Positions 52,916 to 61,839 of a stretch of DNA of 64,000 nucleotides are shown here, piece by piece. Under the pieces are notes generated by a model that saw only the letters and a list, made by a program, of their open reading frames with translations, did no database searches and was not told the origin of the DNA. The position numbers were made by a program, and so were the translations under genes. This DNA comes from a virus. Within the stretch, counting starts at the first letter, position 1, and each line of letters begins with the position of its first letter. Location of the stretch: IMG/VR virus record IMGVR_UViG_2756170246_000002, positions 156 to 64,155 of that record, one strand, 5' to 3'.

Positions 52916-52997
52916 TCCGGCCGGGCTGGTGAAACCCCCAACCCCTCACCCCGCACCAGTTCGGCCGGACTCCTCCCAAGGTAGAATCGCCATTTGA
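52916..52997 (+). promoter_or_regulatory. nutL-like element: 16-bp stem with 22-nt C-rich loop then CGCCATTTGA (52988-52997)
   Basis: TCCGGCCGGGCTGGTG/CACCAGTTCGGCCGGA. Confidence 0.55.
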
Positions 52998-53061
52998 GCC
53001 CGCACGGTCGCGCGGTTCGTGGTGCCAGACTGGTTTCACGTGGAACGTTGAGGATACGCAG

Positions 53062-54159
53062 ATGACGGATCAATACGCCAAATGGCGACAGCTTTTGAAA
53101 CTGGCCGGTGGCGATTGCCGCGAGTTGACCCGCGATCAACTCGCGCTGGTGGGTGTGTCGGTCGACAGTCCGGAATCGGGCTTCTATCGCAATCGCGCTT
53201 TCAAGGGCGGCGAGTTGCTGCCCGTCGCCATTTGGCGCGACGCTGCCGGCGCAACGATCTGCCTGCAGGGCGGCAAGGAAGCCGATGCCGACAAGGTCTG
53301 GAATTACGCCTGCCGCAACCCGATCACGGAAGCGCTCTATCATTCGGTGCTGGCCGGCGGCGCATGGCCGGATGAGCCGCCGACAGTGGCAAAGGATCAC
53401 AACCAGCCATCCAAGACCGGCGACGTGCACAAGGATCTCACAGCGGAACTCGCCGCCGAAAAGGAAATGGCGGAAGCCTTCCTGAAAAAGCCGATCACGA
53501 CGCAGGAGCAGGCGGATCAATCTGCCATCTGGAGCAAGCGGCTCGCCGCGATCGCCAAGAAGGCAACTGATCTTCATCGCGTCGAAAAGCAGCCGTCGCT
53601 TGATGAAGGCCGGAAGGTCGACGACAAATGGCGCGACCTCAAAGAGCAACCCGCCGAACTCTCCAAGCGCCTCAAGCGGCACATGGACGCCTTCCTGCAA
53701 GAGCAGGACCGGATCGAGCAGGAGCGCCAGCGCAAGGCGCGCGAGGAAGCCGACAAGATCAGGCGCGAGGCCGAGGACGCCGCGCGCAAGGTTGCCGAGG
53801 CCGAGCGGGCGGCGATCGATGCGGCTACCGCCGGTGGCGTTGCCGCCTCGTTCGAAGCCGAGGCCGCGCTCGAAGCCGACCGGCAGGCGAAGCAGCGCGA
53901 GGCCGAAAAGCTCGCCCAGCAGGCCGCCGACGCCGAACGGGAAACCCAGGCGCGCAACGCCAATGCCGGAAGGACGGGCGCCCGCGTGGCTCTGCGCACC
54001 TTCGTATCGGCGCGCGTCGTCGATTACGAAAAGGCGCTCCTGGCGCTCAAAGATCACCCCGAAATGAAAACGCTGGTCGAGCAACTCGCCAACCGGGCCG
54101 TCAAGGCTGGTCTGGAAGTGGCCGGTGTCGAGCGCATGGAGGAAAAACGTGCTGCCTGA
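53062..54159 (+). CDS. Phage coiled-coil early protein
   Basis: 365 aa, GAGGA RBS, first gene of the PL operon. Confidence 0.7.
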   Translation: MTDQYAKWRQLLKLAGGDCRELTRDQLALVGVSVDSPESGFYRNRAFKGGELLPVAIWRDAAGATICLQGGKEADADKVWNYACRNPITEALYHSVLAGGAWPDEPPTVAKDHNQPSKTGDVHKDLTAELAAEKEMAEAFLKKPITTQEQADQSAIWSKRLAAIAKKATDLHRVEKQPSLDEGRKVDDKWRDLKEQPAELSKRLKRHMDAFLQEQDRIEQERQRKAREEADKIRREAEDAARKVAEAERAAIDAATAGGVAASFEAEAALEADRQAKQREAEKLAQQAADAERETQARNANAGRTGARVALRTFVSARVVDYEKALLALKDHPEMKTLVEQLANRAVKAGLEVAGVERMEEKRAA

Positions 54160-54493
54160 GACCCGCAAGATCGTCGCCGTCAAATTCGGCAACAGCGAAC
54201 GGACCTATGACTATGACGCCACCGGCTTCGAAGTCTCTGTCGGCCAGAAGGTCATCATCCCCATGCGTGGCAGGGAAGTTTCAGTCGAAGTGGTTGAGAT
54301 CAAGGCCGAGTCCGAACTGGCGAAGGTTGCGATCCTGCGCATTGCCGAGCCTGAGAACCCTCCGGTTGTCGACGTGCGCACCGAGGAGCAGCGCGCCGAC
54401 AAGCATCCGAACGGCCAGCCCATGTGGGCACCAAGCGGCACGCTGCTCGACGAGCGCGGCAACCGCTCGATTTTCGATGACGTGGACCAGTAG
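54149..54493 (+). CDS. Hypothetical protein
   Basis: VAVKFG...YDY motif; GTG start after GGAGG. Confidence 0.6.
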   Translation: MLPETRKIVAVKFGNSERTYDYDATGFEVSVGQKVIIPMRGREVSVEVVEIKAESELAKVAILRIAEPENPPVVDVRTEEQRADKHPNGQPMWAPSGTLLDERGNRSIFDDVDQ

Positions 54494-54502
54494 GAGATCA
54501 CC

Positions 54503-55618
54503 ATGAACGACCGTCCCAACCTTACGGCACTGGTCGCTGGCGCTTCGATCAGCGCCATCATCCCGACCAATTTGGAAGAAACCTGGCGCCTCTCGACAAT
54601 GATCGTTGAGGCAGGCGTCGCGCCTCAAGCCCTCGTCGGGCGCGAACCAGCCGAGACCGCCGCTCCGGAAGTCTGGCAGCGCTGGGGAAAGAAGGCGACG
54701 AGCGCGGTTGCAATCGTGATCATGTCCGGTGCTGAGCTCGGCCTGCCGCCGATGGTAGCGCTCCGGTCCTTCACCGTGATCGGCGGAAAGCCAGCGCTTT
54801 ATGGCGATGGTCTGATCAACGTCGTTCGGAAGTCGGGCAGGGCGAAATCGCTGGAGCTTGGCTATCTGCGCGATGCGTCGAAGGAAGCGCTGATCAATCT
54901 CGGCCTGCACAAGGATGTCGTCGCTGGGATGAACACCGTCGACGAGCGGACCATCGGCTGGTGCAAGGCCGTGCGCATCGACACAGGCGAGATGAAGGTC
55001 GAGGCTTATTCGGTCGCGGATGCCAAGACAGCCGGCCTTTGGGACGATCGGGCCACGCGCCGCGGCAAGGTCTGGAAGAACAATCAACAGGTGTGGGATG
55101 ACGTCCCAAACGACACGTCATGGCATCGCCACCCCAAGCGGATGCTGCAATGGCGCGCCGCTGGCTTCGGCCTTCGTGAGCTTTTCGGCGACGTTCTTGG
55201 CGGCATCCGTGATGAATTCGAGGCGAGCGAAAGCATCGGCGGAGGGGTGATCGAGCACCATGAGGAAGCAGCACCGGCCAGGCTATCGCCACCGTCGCCG
55301 CCAAGCCCGCCGAGTCCTGACGCGCCGGCAACTGCAGAGCAGCATGCCGACGAACGCGCCGAACAGGGTCAGCACGACGACGGCGCCGAAGTTTCCGAGA
55401 ACGAGGGAGAGGGCGATGGCGAGCCCTTCGACTTTGGTGCGTTCTTCGAATCCTTCCAGATCGCGCTCGCCGGCGCAAAGAACGAAGTTCAAGTCGAGGA
55501 AATCTGGACCGAGTTTGACGTGGAAGCCCGGTTCCAGGACGACGCAGACAGCCGCCAGTTGGCGGACCGGATTAAAGAACGGCGGCTGTCTGCGCTCAAC
55601 CCGCTGTCGAGCGGCTGA
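54503..55618 (+). CDS. RecT/Redbeta-like single-strand annealing protein
   Basis: GAELGLPPM.AL..F.VI.GKP.LYG; W..HPKRML.WRA.GF.LRE.F.DVLGG; acidic tail. Confidence 0.78.
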   Translation: MNDRPNLTALVAGASISAIIPTNLEETWRLSTMIVEAGVAPQALVGREPAETAAPEVWQRWGKKATSAVAIVIMSGAELGLPPMVALRSFTVIGGKPALYGDGLINVVRKSGRAKSLELGYLRDASKEALINLGLHKDVVAGMNTVDERTIGWCKAVRIDTGEMKVEAYSVADAKTAGLWDDRATRRGKVWKNNQQVWDDVPNDTSWHRHPKRMLQWRAAGFGLRELFGDVLGGIRDEFEASESIGGGVIEHHEEAAPARLSPPSPPSPPSPDAPATAEQHADERAEQGQHDDGAEVSENEGEGDGEPFDFGAFFESFQIALAGAKNEVQVEEIWTEFDVEARFQDDADSRQLADRIKERRLSALNPLSSG

Positions 55619-55620
55619 CC

Positions 55621-56049
55621 ATGGCCGGGCGCGTAGCATTCCTCCCTGATCATGGCGCGACAGTGCTTGGCCCGCCCGTGAAATGGCGGCCGCGCCCGCT
55701 GACGATCAAGGAAAAGCTGGAAATTGTGGTGCGCCAGATGGGCAAGGAGCCAGGTGGCGACCGCCTCAACCCGCTGGATGGCATCGATTTTCACCATGAT
55801 CCGGCTTTGCAGCGCCGCCGCTGGGATCCTGTGGCTTTGGATACGGTGCCTCCCAGCTGTTCGCTGGAAAATCTGGTGGCGCTCAACAAGCCGACGCATC
55901 GGGTACAGACCGCCAAGCGGGACGCGCCCGAGATCGCAAAATTGAAGCGCCTTGAAGGTCGAACCGGCCAGGGCAAGGTCAAACGCAAGATCCCGGGCCG
56001 CAAGCTCCAGTCGCGCCCGTTCCCGAAGCTCAATAAGGGGTTCCGATGA
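55621..56049 (+). CDS. HNH-like nuclease
   Basis: IDFHHDPAL...NLVALNKPTHR.QT. Confidence 0.55.
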   Translation: MAGRVAFLPDHGATVLGPPVKWRPRPLTIKEKLEIVVRQMGKEPGGDRLNPLDGIDFHHDPALQRRRWDPVALDTVPPSCSLENLVALNKPTHRVQTAKRDAPEIAKLKRLEGRTGQGKVKRKIPGRKLQSRPFPKLNKGFR

Positions 56050-56318
56050 GGTTCGACGGAAAGCGCTATCGCGATTGCCGGTTCTGCCAAGGTCGCGGTT
56101 GCCTCTACTGCGAGGCCGAAGCCGATCGCGCATACAAGCGGGCGTTTCCAGACGGTCCGAAGCCAATGGCCACGTTCGACATGACGACGCCAGAGGGTGC
56201 CGCGGCCGCCCGGCAAGCAATAGGCCGCGAAGCCATCGAGAAGGCGTTCGGCGCTGGAGGCGGTGGCATCGGCGAGATCGTCGCCAACATCGCTAAGGTG
56301 CAGGGAGAGCAGAAATGA
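56046..56318 (+). CDS. Hypothetical protein (CxxC...CxxC)
   Basis: CRFCQGRGCLYC; ATGA overlaps. Confidence 0.6.
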   Translation: MRFDGKRYRDCRFCQGRGCLYCEAEADRAYKRAFPDGPKPMATFDMTTPEGAAAARQAIGREAIEKAFGAGGGGIGEIVANIAKVQGEQK

Positions 56319-56572
56319 AACGAGCAAGCTACTGCGAAATAGCCGTGCTTTCGGGGTACGTGTTTATCGCCGATCGCTTCCGGCCTGATCTGCCGACCGT
56401 TGCCACAGATGCCGAGCGCGTCGTGGTCGATCTCCTCTCGCAATATGGCGAGCGTCGTTTCGTCTACCGCGACAGGGAAGGCGGATGGACGGAGCTTTTG
56501 CATACCGGCATCCAGTTTCGTGGCTTTGCGCCGTTTGTTGGTGAGATACCGGGCGAGGAGCGGGCGGCATGA
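56315..56572 (+). CDS. Hypothetical protein
   Basis: ATGA overlaps. Confidence 0.55.
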   Translation: MKRASYCEIAVLSGYVFIADRFRPDLPTVATDAERVVVDLLSQYGERRFVYRDREGGWTELLHTGIQFRGFAPFVGEIPGEERAA

Positions 56573-56949
56573 AAACGATGACGATTCCAGAATTCCACGC
56601 CGCGCTCAAAGAGCAGGGCGTAGAAGCTCGCGAAGACCTGGCGTTCAAATGCCCGCTCTGCGGCACGATTCAGTCGGCGCGCTCGCTCATCGGCGCCGGT
56701 GCCGGCAAGACCATGGATGAGGTCGAACGCTTTCTAGCGTTCAGTTGCGTCGGCCGCTTCAACAATGCCGGCCCGCATAAGAAGGGCGCTCCTGCCGGCA
56801 AGGGCTGCGACTGGACGCTCGGCGGATTCTTTCGCCTGCACTGCTTGGAGATCATCGACGAGGACGGCAAGGCGCATCCCCGGTTTGAAATTGCCTCACC
56901 TGCCGAGGCGGTTGAGTTGGCGCAACGCAACCTCGTGGTGCCGGCATGA
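56569..56949 (+). CDS. VVA0879-like phage protein
   Basis: FKCPLCGTIQS, FSCVGRF, GCDWTLGGFF. Confidence 0.7.
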   Translation: MKTMTIPEFHAALKEQGVEAREDLAFKCPLCGTIQSARSLIGAGAGKTMDEVERFLAFSCVGRFNNAGPHKKGAPAGKGCDWTLGGFFRLHCLEIIDEDGKAHPRFEIASPAEAVELAQRNLVVPA

Positions 56950-57287
56950 GCGACAGCTTTTTCACCACGCGCACAGCGGCGGATATGCAATTCGAGCAGG
57001 TCAACATCGCCACCTGCGAACTGTTCATGGACGCCGCCGTTCGGCGCATCGCTAAGGTGGAAGGCCCATTCGAAGCCGCCAAGCGCCTCCAGCGCCTGGC
57101 TGACATCTGCTCCGGCGCCTACGTGCTGCCAATCGAGCATTGGGCACAACTCGGCAAGGTCGAGCAGCAGAAGGTCGAGGCGCCGCCGCGTGTGAGCACC
57201 AGGAAGCGCATCTTCGATTTCATTGGCAGTCCGACCGCAGCTTGGCTGGCGGGTTTGGCGACAGGCTTTCTCATGGGGAGTTCGTGA
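56946..57287 (+). CDS. Hypothetical protein with C-terminal TM helix
   Basis: ATGA overlap; hydrophobic tail. Confidence 0.55.
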   Translation: MSDSFFTTRTAADMQFEQVNIATCELFMDAAVRRIAKVEGPFEAAKRLQRLADICSGAYVLPIEHWAQLGKVEQQKVEAPPRVSTRKRIFDFIGSPTAAWLAGLATGFLMGSS

Positions 57288-57469
57288 TGGCGGCCTTCAC
57301 CAACGAACGGTTCGCGCAGCATTGCATTCGGATGGCGGCCAAGGCTGCCGGATGGGCTGGCGACATTCTCGACAGCCCGGATGAGCCTGCCCGGCGGGAT
57401 GCCGTAGAACGTTTCATCACCGAAATGCGCGACCGCTTGACCTTCATGGAGGAGAAACTGAATGGCTGA
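57287..57469 (+). CDS. Small hypothetical protein
   Basis: TGATG overlap. Confidence 0.45.
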   Translation: MAAFTNERFAQHCIRMAAKAAGWAGDILDSPDEPARRDAVERFITEMRDRLTFMEEKLNG

Positions 57470-57701
57470 CCAAGTACCGCACCCCCAGCGCGTTTCCGAC
57501 CTGCAGGAGCGCATCGCTCGCGCCCAGGTCGACGCCAAGATGACAGTCCTGGAGCAGATGATCGATCGCATGCATTGTCAGTTGCAATCGATCTTCGACG
57601 GCATCGGCCGCAACGAACAGGTCGAGCTCGTCTACCCCGATGGAGAGGTCGTACTGATCACCAAGGCGCGACCGCGCAAGGCCGGCGAGGGCGGTGAGTG
57701 A
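57462..57701 (+). CDS. Hypothetical protein
   Basis: GGAGG RBS. Confidence 0.55.
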   Translation: MADQVPHPQRVSDLQERIARAQVDAKMTVLEQMIDRMHCQLQSIFDGIGRNEQVELVYPDGEVVLITKARPRKAGEGGE

Positions 57702-57943
57702 TGGTCGACAGCGTCGTTGAAGCCGTTCGCGCCGATCTGCTGCGCCGGTCCGAACTCGGCATCGCCAAATATGGCGTCACGCTAGATCGGACCGACCTCA
57801 ACCTGCGCGCCTAGTTGCAGCACGCCTACGAGGAGACGCTCGACCAAGCGAACTACCTCAAGCGCGCGATCATCGAGATCGACAACCGCGCCGACAGCAT
57901 CGCCGCCATCGTCATGAAGCACACAAACATCGCGGGGCAGTGA
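57701..57943 (+). pseudogene. All-alpha NTP pyrophosphohydrolase-like gene with in-frame TAG at 57812-57814
   Basis: GIAKYGVTLDRTDLNLRA*LQHAYEETLDQANYLK; both halves in one frame. Confidence 0.65.
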
Positions 57944-58362
57944 TGCACGGCGCCGATTTGGACAAGTCAAAAGCAAACGAAGTCGATCCGCGCGACGTGG
58001 CGCTGATGAAGCTTCACGACCTGCTCGCAGGGAGGAACGCGCCAAAGCCCGGTAGCTTTACCGCCCTCGATCAGGACCAGAAGCGGGAATACTTCCGGCT
58101 CTCGCGCCGCCGCAGCCGGGAGAAGGTGCGCGCCGCGGCATCTGTTCCAGCCACGGCAGCCAACATCAACCAGGCTCTCGCCGACGCGGCGCTGATGATC
58201 CTTGCCACGGGCGCTCCTGGTGCCGATCAGGTGCGCAAGGTTCTGGAGACGATCTTCGCCGATCGCGCCGGCGTCCCTCTCTCCGTCGAGACCAAGGCCA
58301 AACGCGGCAAACTGAAACCGAAACTGATCGCGACAAGCCCCGCCCCTCTCGCCCGTTCATGA
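57943..58362 (+). CDS. Hypothetical protein
   Basis: TGATG overlap. Confidence 0.55.
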   Translation: MHGADLDKSKANEVDPRDVALMKLHDLLAGRNAPKPGSFTALDQDQKREYFRLSRRRSREKVRAAASVPATAANINQALADAALMILATGAPGADQVRKVLETIFADRAGVPLSVETKAKRGKLKPKLIATSPAPLARS

Positions 58363-58377
58363 ATGGAGAAGACAGCA

Positions 58378-58740
58378 ATGAGTGAACCGAAGCATACGCC
58401 CGCGCCGTGGTCTCTGCCGCATTTCGCGCGGCCAGCGGTCGGTTGCAGATGCGGTTACGTACTTGCAGATGGCTACATGGGGGCCGTGGCAACCGTCCAT
58501 TGCAGCGGTGAAGGCGATGGAAGCGATTGGCGGCAAGGCGACAACCCGAAGTTCGATGAGGCTGTTGCCAATGCTCATCTAATCGCCACCGCTCCCGCCC
58601 TCCTTGCCGCTCTTATCAAGGCGACCACCAAGCTTGAACACGCCATGATCCATCTCGGCTCCGATCCCGAGTTCGCGGCGGCTGGAGTCGAAGAGTTCCG
58701 TGAAGTCATCGCCCGCGCGAATGGAGGCAACCAGCCATGA
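58378..58740 (+). CDS. Phage hypothetical protein
   Basis: KHTPAPW...ANAHLIATAPALL motif common in phage early genes. Confidence 0.7.
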   Translation: MSEPKHTPAPWSLPHFARPAVGCRCGYVLADGYMGAVATVHCSGEGDGSDWRQGDNPKFDEAVANAHLIATAPALLAALIKATTKLEHAMIHLGSDPEFAAAGVEEFREVIARANGGNQP

Positions 58741-59282
58741 ACAGGGTAGAGACGCCCGCACAGGAATTTTCGCGCCTAGTGATAGAATACAACGAGGGCA
58801 AGAAGGATTCGCCGACGCGGCAAGAGGCATGGAACCTCATAGCCGACTTCGCGCTCGAACACTGCGACACCATCATTCGCTCCCTCAGCACCCCTATAGC
58901 AGCGGGGGGCGGAGAGGCAATCGAGCCGCCGATCTCGCAATTGATGCGCGACGATGGCGAGCCCGAGTGGAAGCAGATCAACGCCTTGTTTCTCAGGAAC
59001 GACATCAACGCTTTTCCGATCAGGCTTCGCGACGAGTTGTCCACAATGCTGGCATGGGCGCGATACGGCGAACGCGCCACTCTCAGTACAGCCGGGGCAG
59101 CGGAGCCATCTTGGCGAGCGTCTGCGAAAAGCGCCCTCGCCTGCGTTGTCCATGCGCTGATGGTTCTGCCGGTGCCGATCGATGGGCAGGGCAAGCGCGC
59201 GTGGGCGTCCTTGAAGGAAGCGCAAGAAACCCTCGAAGCGCTCGCCTCCCCACCTTCCGATACCGAGGAGAAACGCTCATGA
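58737..59282 (+). CDS. Hypothetical protein
   Basis: ATGA overlaps. Confidence 0.55.
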   Translation: MNRVETPAQEFSRLVIEYNEGKKDSPTRQEAWNLIADFALEHCDTIIRSLSTPIAAGGGEAIEPPISQLMRDDGEPEWKQINALFLRNDINAFPIRLRDELSTMLAWARYGERATLSTAGAAEPSWRASAKSALACVVHALMVLPVPIDGQGKRAWASLKEAQETLEALASPPSDTEEKRS

Positions 59283-59899
59283 CCGGCGAAACCCAACCCG
59301 CCGCAGAGGGTGTGACAGAGGCGATGGTCGGCACCGTCGCGGAAAATATCCTGCTGACAGTCAAGGAACTCATCAAGGCCGAGCGCGCTCATGCTCGCAA
59401 AACTGGTGACCAGATCGACCCAACCAACACGACGCGCGATGAAGCCGACCATTGGCACGCCGCACTACTCGATTTCAGCATTGAAGACTTCGACGCCGCA
59501 TTGAAGCTTGTCCGCCGTCGCATCGCAGCCCTATCGCTACCCACCCCAGGGGAGGGAGCGCCTACACTCGACACATCGATTTCCGCTGAGACCCAAGCCG
59601 CGCTCGACGCGATAGATGACAACATCCGGGCTGCTGCGGTTCAGGCTCCCACCACGTTCTTCGGTTCCACCCCCGCAGATCCAGAACTGGGAGCGGTGAA
59701 GGCGCTGCCGTGGAAAGATGGAGAGACGCGAACCGCATTCGGCAGCGCCTACGCCGTGCACCAGCAAGCGGATGGCCTATTCGTGGCGGTGGGCTGCGGA
59801 TCATTTGTCGGCGGCACTCATCCGACGCGTGAAGCCGCGCAAGCAGCCGCGCAAGCCGATTACGAGGCCCGCATCCTGTCTGCCTTGGTGCGCCCATGA
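59279..59899 (+). CDS. Hypothetical protein
   Basis: AQAAAQADYEARILSAL motif; ATGA overlaps. Confidence 0.6.
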   Translation: MTGETQPAAEGVTEAMVGTVAENILLTVKELIKAERAHARKTGDQIDPTNTTRDEADHWHAALLDFSIEDFDAALKLVRRRIAALSLPTPGEGAPTLDTSISAETQAALDAIDDNIRAAAVQAPTTFFGSTPADPELGAVKALPWKDGETRTAFGSAYAVHQQADGLFVAVGCGSFVGGTHPTREAAQAAAQADYEARILSALVRP

Positions 59900-60246
59900 G
59901 CATCGACAAGCTGATCGAGCGGCTGCGCATCAAAGCCGGCATGATCGAGATGGGTGAGAAAATCGCATGGGGCAGCGATAGCGCCTTGATGTACGAAGCC
60001 GCATCCGCCCTCGCCTCCACCCAGGCCGAGATACTTCGCTTGCGCCAGAGGGTAGCCGCTCTTGAGTATGTGCTGGAGCCGTTCGCGGCACAGGCCGCTA
60101 CGCACGGGACACAGATCCCAGACGAAATGTTCATAGATGACTACGAACAGCCCACCGACCGCCCATGGAAATCCGCAGCGGGCATCACCGTGGGCCAACT
60201 CCGCCGCGCCGCCCGTTCCCTATCTCAAGATGGGCCGGCAGCATGA
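59896..60246 (+). CDS. Hypothetical protein
   Basis: ATGA overlaps. Confidence 0.6.
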   Translation: MSIDKLIERLRIKAGMIEMGEKIAWGSDSALMYEAASALASTQAEILRLRQRVAALEYVLEPFAAQAATHGTQIPDEMFIDDYEQPTDRPWKSAAGITVGQLRRAARSLSQDGPAA

Positions 60247-60545
60247 CCCAGCCCTCCCCTAGCAAGGCGGTGAAGAGCGGGACAGATGCCAACGGCTGGC
60301 TCGGTATCGAGAGCGCGCCGAAGGATGGAAACGAGGTTCTTGGCTTCTGGTCGTATCTCTACGTTGACGACAAGACGCCGACGACCGGCATGGACATCAT
60401 CCGCTGGGAGCGAACTGCCATCCCCGGCCTTGATGCTGAGGGCTGGGTCGACAGTGAGGGGCTATGCTCGCCCGGCGTTTTCACGCACTGGCAACCGCTT
60501 CCTGGACCGCCTGTCGCCCCTCCCTCTATCGATGGGGAAGACTAA
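60243..60545 (+). CDS. DUF551-like protein
   Basis: W.GIESAPKDG...FTHWQPLP.PP. Confidence 0.7.
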   Translation: MTQPSPSKAVKSGTDANGWLGIESAPKDGNEVLGFWSYLYVDDKTPTTGMDIIRWERTAIPGLDAEGWVDSEGLCSPGVFTHWQPLPGPPVAPPSIDGED

Positions 60546-60815
60546 ATGACGAGGGCCGAGCGCATCGTCTCCGCTGCGATCCAGCATCAAGGCGTTACGA
60601 TCAGCCTGCCTATGCCGGCAAGGCACGCACAGGTGCTTCACTGCGCCGAACAGTTCTTGCCAGACTATGCCCTGCCGGCGTTCTGCCAAGGCTTCCTGAC
60701 GAGCGAGGGCCGCTTCGTGAACCGGGTGCAGGCCCGGCAGATCGGTTATATCGCGGGACAGGAGCCCAAGACGACGGGCAACGAACGCGACCTCTATTCG
60801 GAGGATCTGTGGTGA
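60546..60815 (+). CDS. Phage hypothetical protein
   Basis: QGFLTSEGRFVNR...LYSEDLW motif. Confidence 0.7.
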   Translation: MTRAERIVSAAIQHQGVTISLPMPARHAQVLHCAEQFLPDYALPAFCQGFLTSEGRFVNRVQARQIGYIAGQEPKTTGNERDLYSEDLW

Positions 60816-60842
60816 AATCTCCAGATTCTTTGCTTGCGCATC

Positions 60843-60871
60843 TTGTAACCATTTTGGTTACGGCGTAGCTT
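60843..60871 (+). promoter_or_regulatory. Operator-promoter TTGTAA-N17-TAGCTT; operator GTAACCATTTTGGTTAC at 60845-60861
   Basis: Perfect palindrome, 17-bp spacer. Confidence 0.85.
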
Positions 60872-60907
60872 CCCCATGCAAAGTATTCAACCCGAGGAAA
60901 CCCTACC

Positions 60908-61356
60908 ATGGAAGACAACGAAGCCCGTTTCATTGAACTGACAGCCGATATCGTCTCAGCCTACGTGGCCAACAATCCAGTCCTGGCGGCGCAGCTGCCG
61001 GACCTCATCGCGAGCGTCAACGCAGCGTGCGCGGCCTCGGCGGTGCGCTCGTCCAGTCTGTTGCGGCCGAACCTCTCGTGCCGGCGGTCAACCCGAAGAA
61101 GTCTATCTTCCCCGACTACATCATCTGCCTGGAGGATGGCCGCAAGTTCAAATCCTTGAAGCGCCACCTCCGCACCGACTTCGGCCTGACGCCGGAGCAA
61201 TACCGGGAAAAATGGAACCTGCCAGGCGACTATCCGATGGTGGCACCGAGCTATTCGGAAAAGCGCTCTGCGCTGGCGAAGGCGTCTGGGCTCGGCCGCC
61301 ATGCCAAGCTGGCAGCGGTTCGCGGCGCGCGCAACGGCCGTCACGCGGTCCAGTAG
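60908..61356 (+). pseudogene. mucR: MucR/Ros-family regulator split by a one-base frameshift near 61027
   Basis: Frame 1 LTADIVSAYVANN...LIASV; -1 frame PDYIICLEDGRKFKSLKRHL...YREKW.LP.DYPMVAP.YSEKRS.LAK..GLG. Confidence 0.88.
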
Positions 61357-61366
61357 GAGCAGCGCC

Positions 61367-61561
61367 ATGATCCGACGGGGCGCAAGCGGCAAATATTACT
61401 GCGACGGGCGAGAGTGCGGCTATCCGCTCGCTTGGTTCGCTTGTGACCCTGAGGATGGCGCAGACGGGGAATGGGTGTGCCTCGATTGCGGTGCCTCCAT
61501 GTTCGCATCGGCCCCCGTTCGGAATGAAGATCCGGCGCTTGCCGTGGAGATCGCACAATGA
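61367..61561 (+). CDS. Zn-ribbon hypothetical protein
   Basis: CDGREC and CLDCG; AGGAG RBS. Confidence 0.5.
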   Translation: MIRRGASGKYYCDGRECGYPLAWFACDPEDGADGEWVCLDCGASMFASAPVRNEDPALAVEIAQ

Positions 61562-61839
61562 CGACGCTGCATATCATGGACGAATGGGGCCAGAGCAACC
61601 GCACCCGTCGGTTCGTCTGCGGCATCGTTGGCGCCCTTCCCGATGGAGACCAGTGGGTTGAGGACGAGGTGCGCGCCGCTGCTCATCTGGGTGCGCACCC
61701 CGAGAAAACGCATTGCGTCGGCTGTCTTGGCGAAAAGCGGCCGACGCTCGGCACGCCGATATCGCAACTCTCGGGGCGGCCGGGCGAGCCTGGTTTCGAT
61801 GAGTTCTGCCGCATTGCCAGATCATGGGGATACGACTGA
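61558..61839 (+). CDS. Hypothetical protein
   Basis: ATGA overlap. Confidence 0.55.
   Translation: MTTLHIMDEWGQSNRTRRFVCGIVGALPDGDQWVEDEVRAAAHLGAHPEKTHCVGCLGEKRPTLGTPISQLSGRPGEPGFDEFCRIARSWGYD

Noticed and set aside
52879-54192. 437-aa minus-strand ORF
   Set aside because: Antisense shadow of 53062-54159; runs across the PL leader
58700-59899. 399-aa ORF as one gene
   Set aside because: The N-terminal half is an alternate frame over 58737-59282; the coupled ATG at 59279 is the better start
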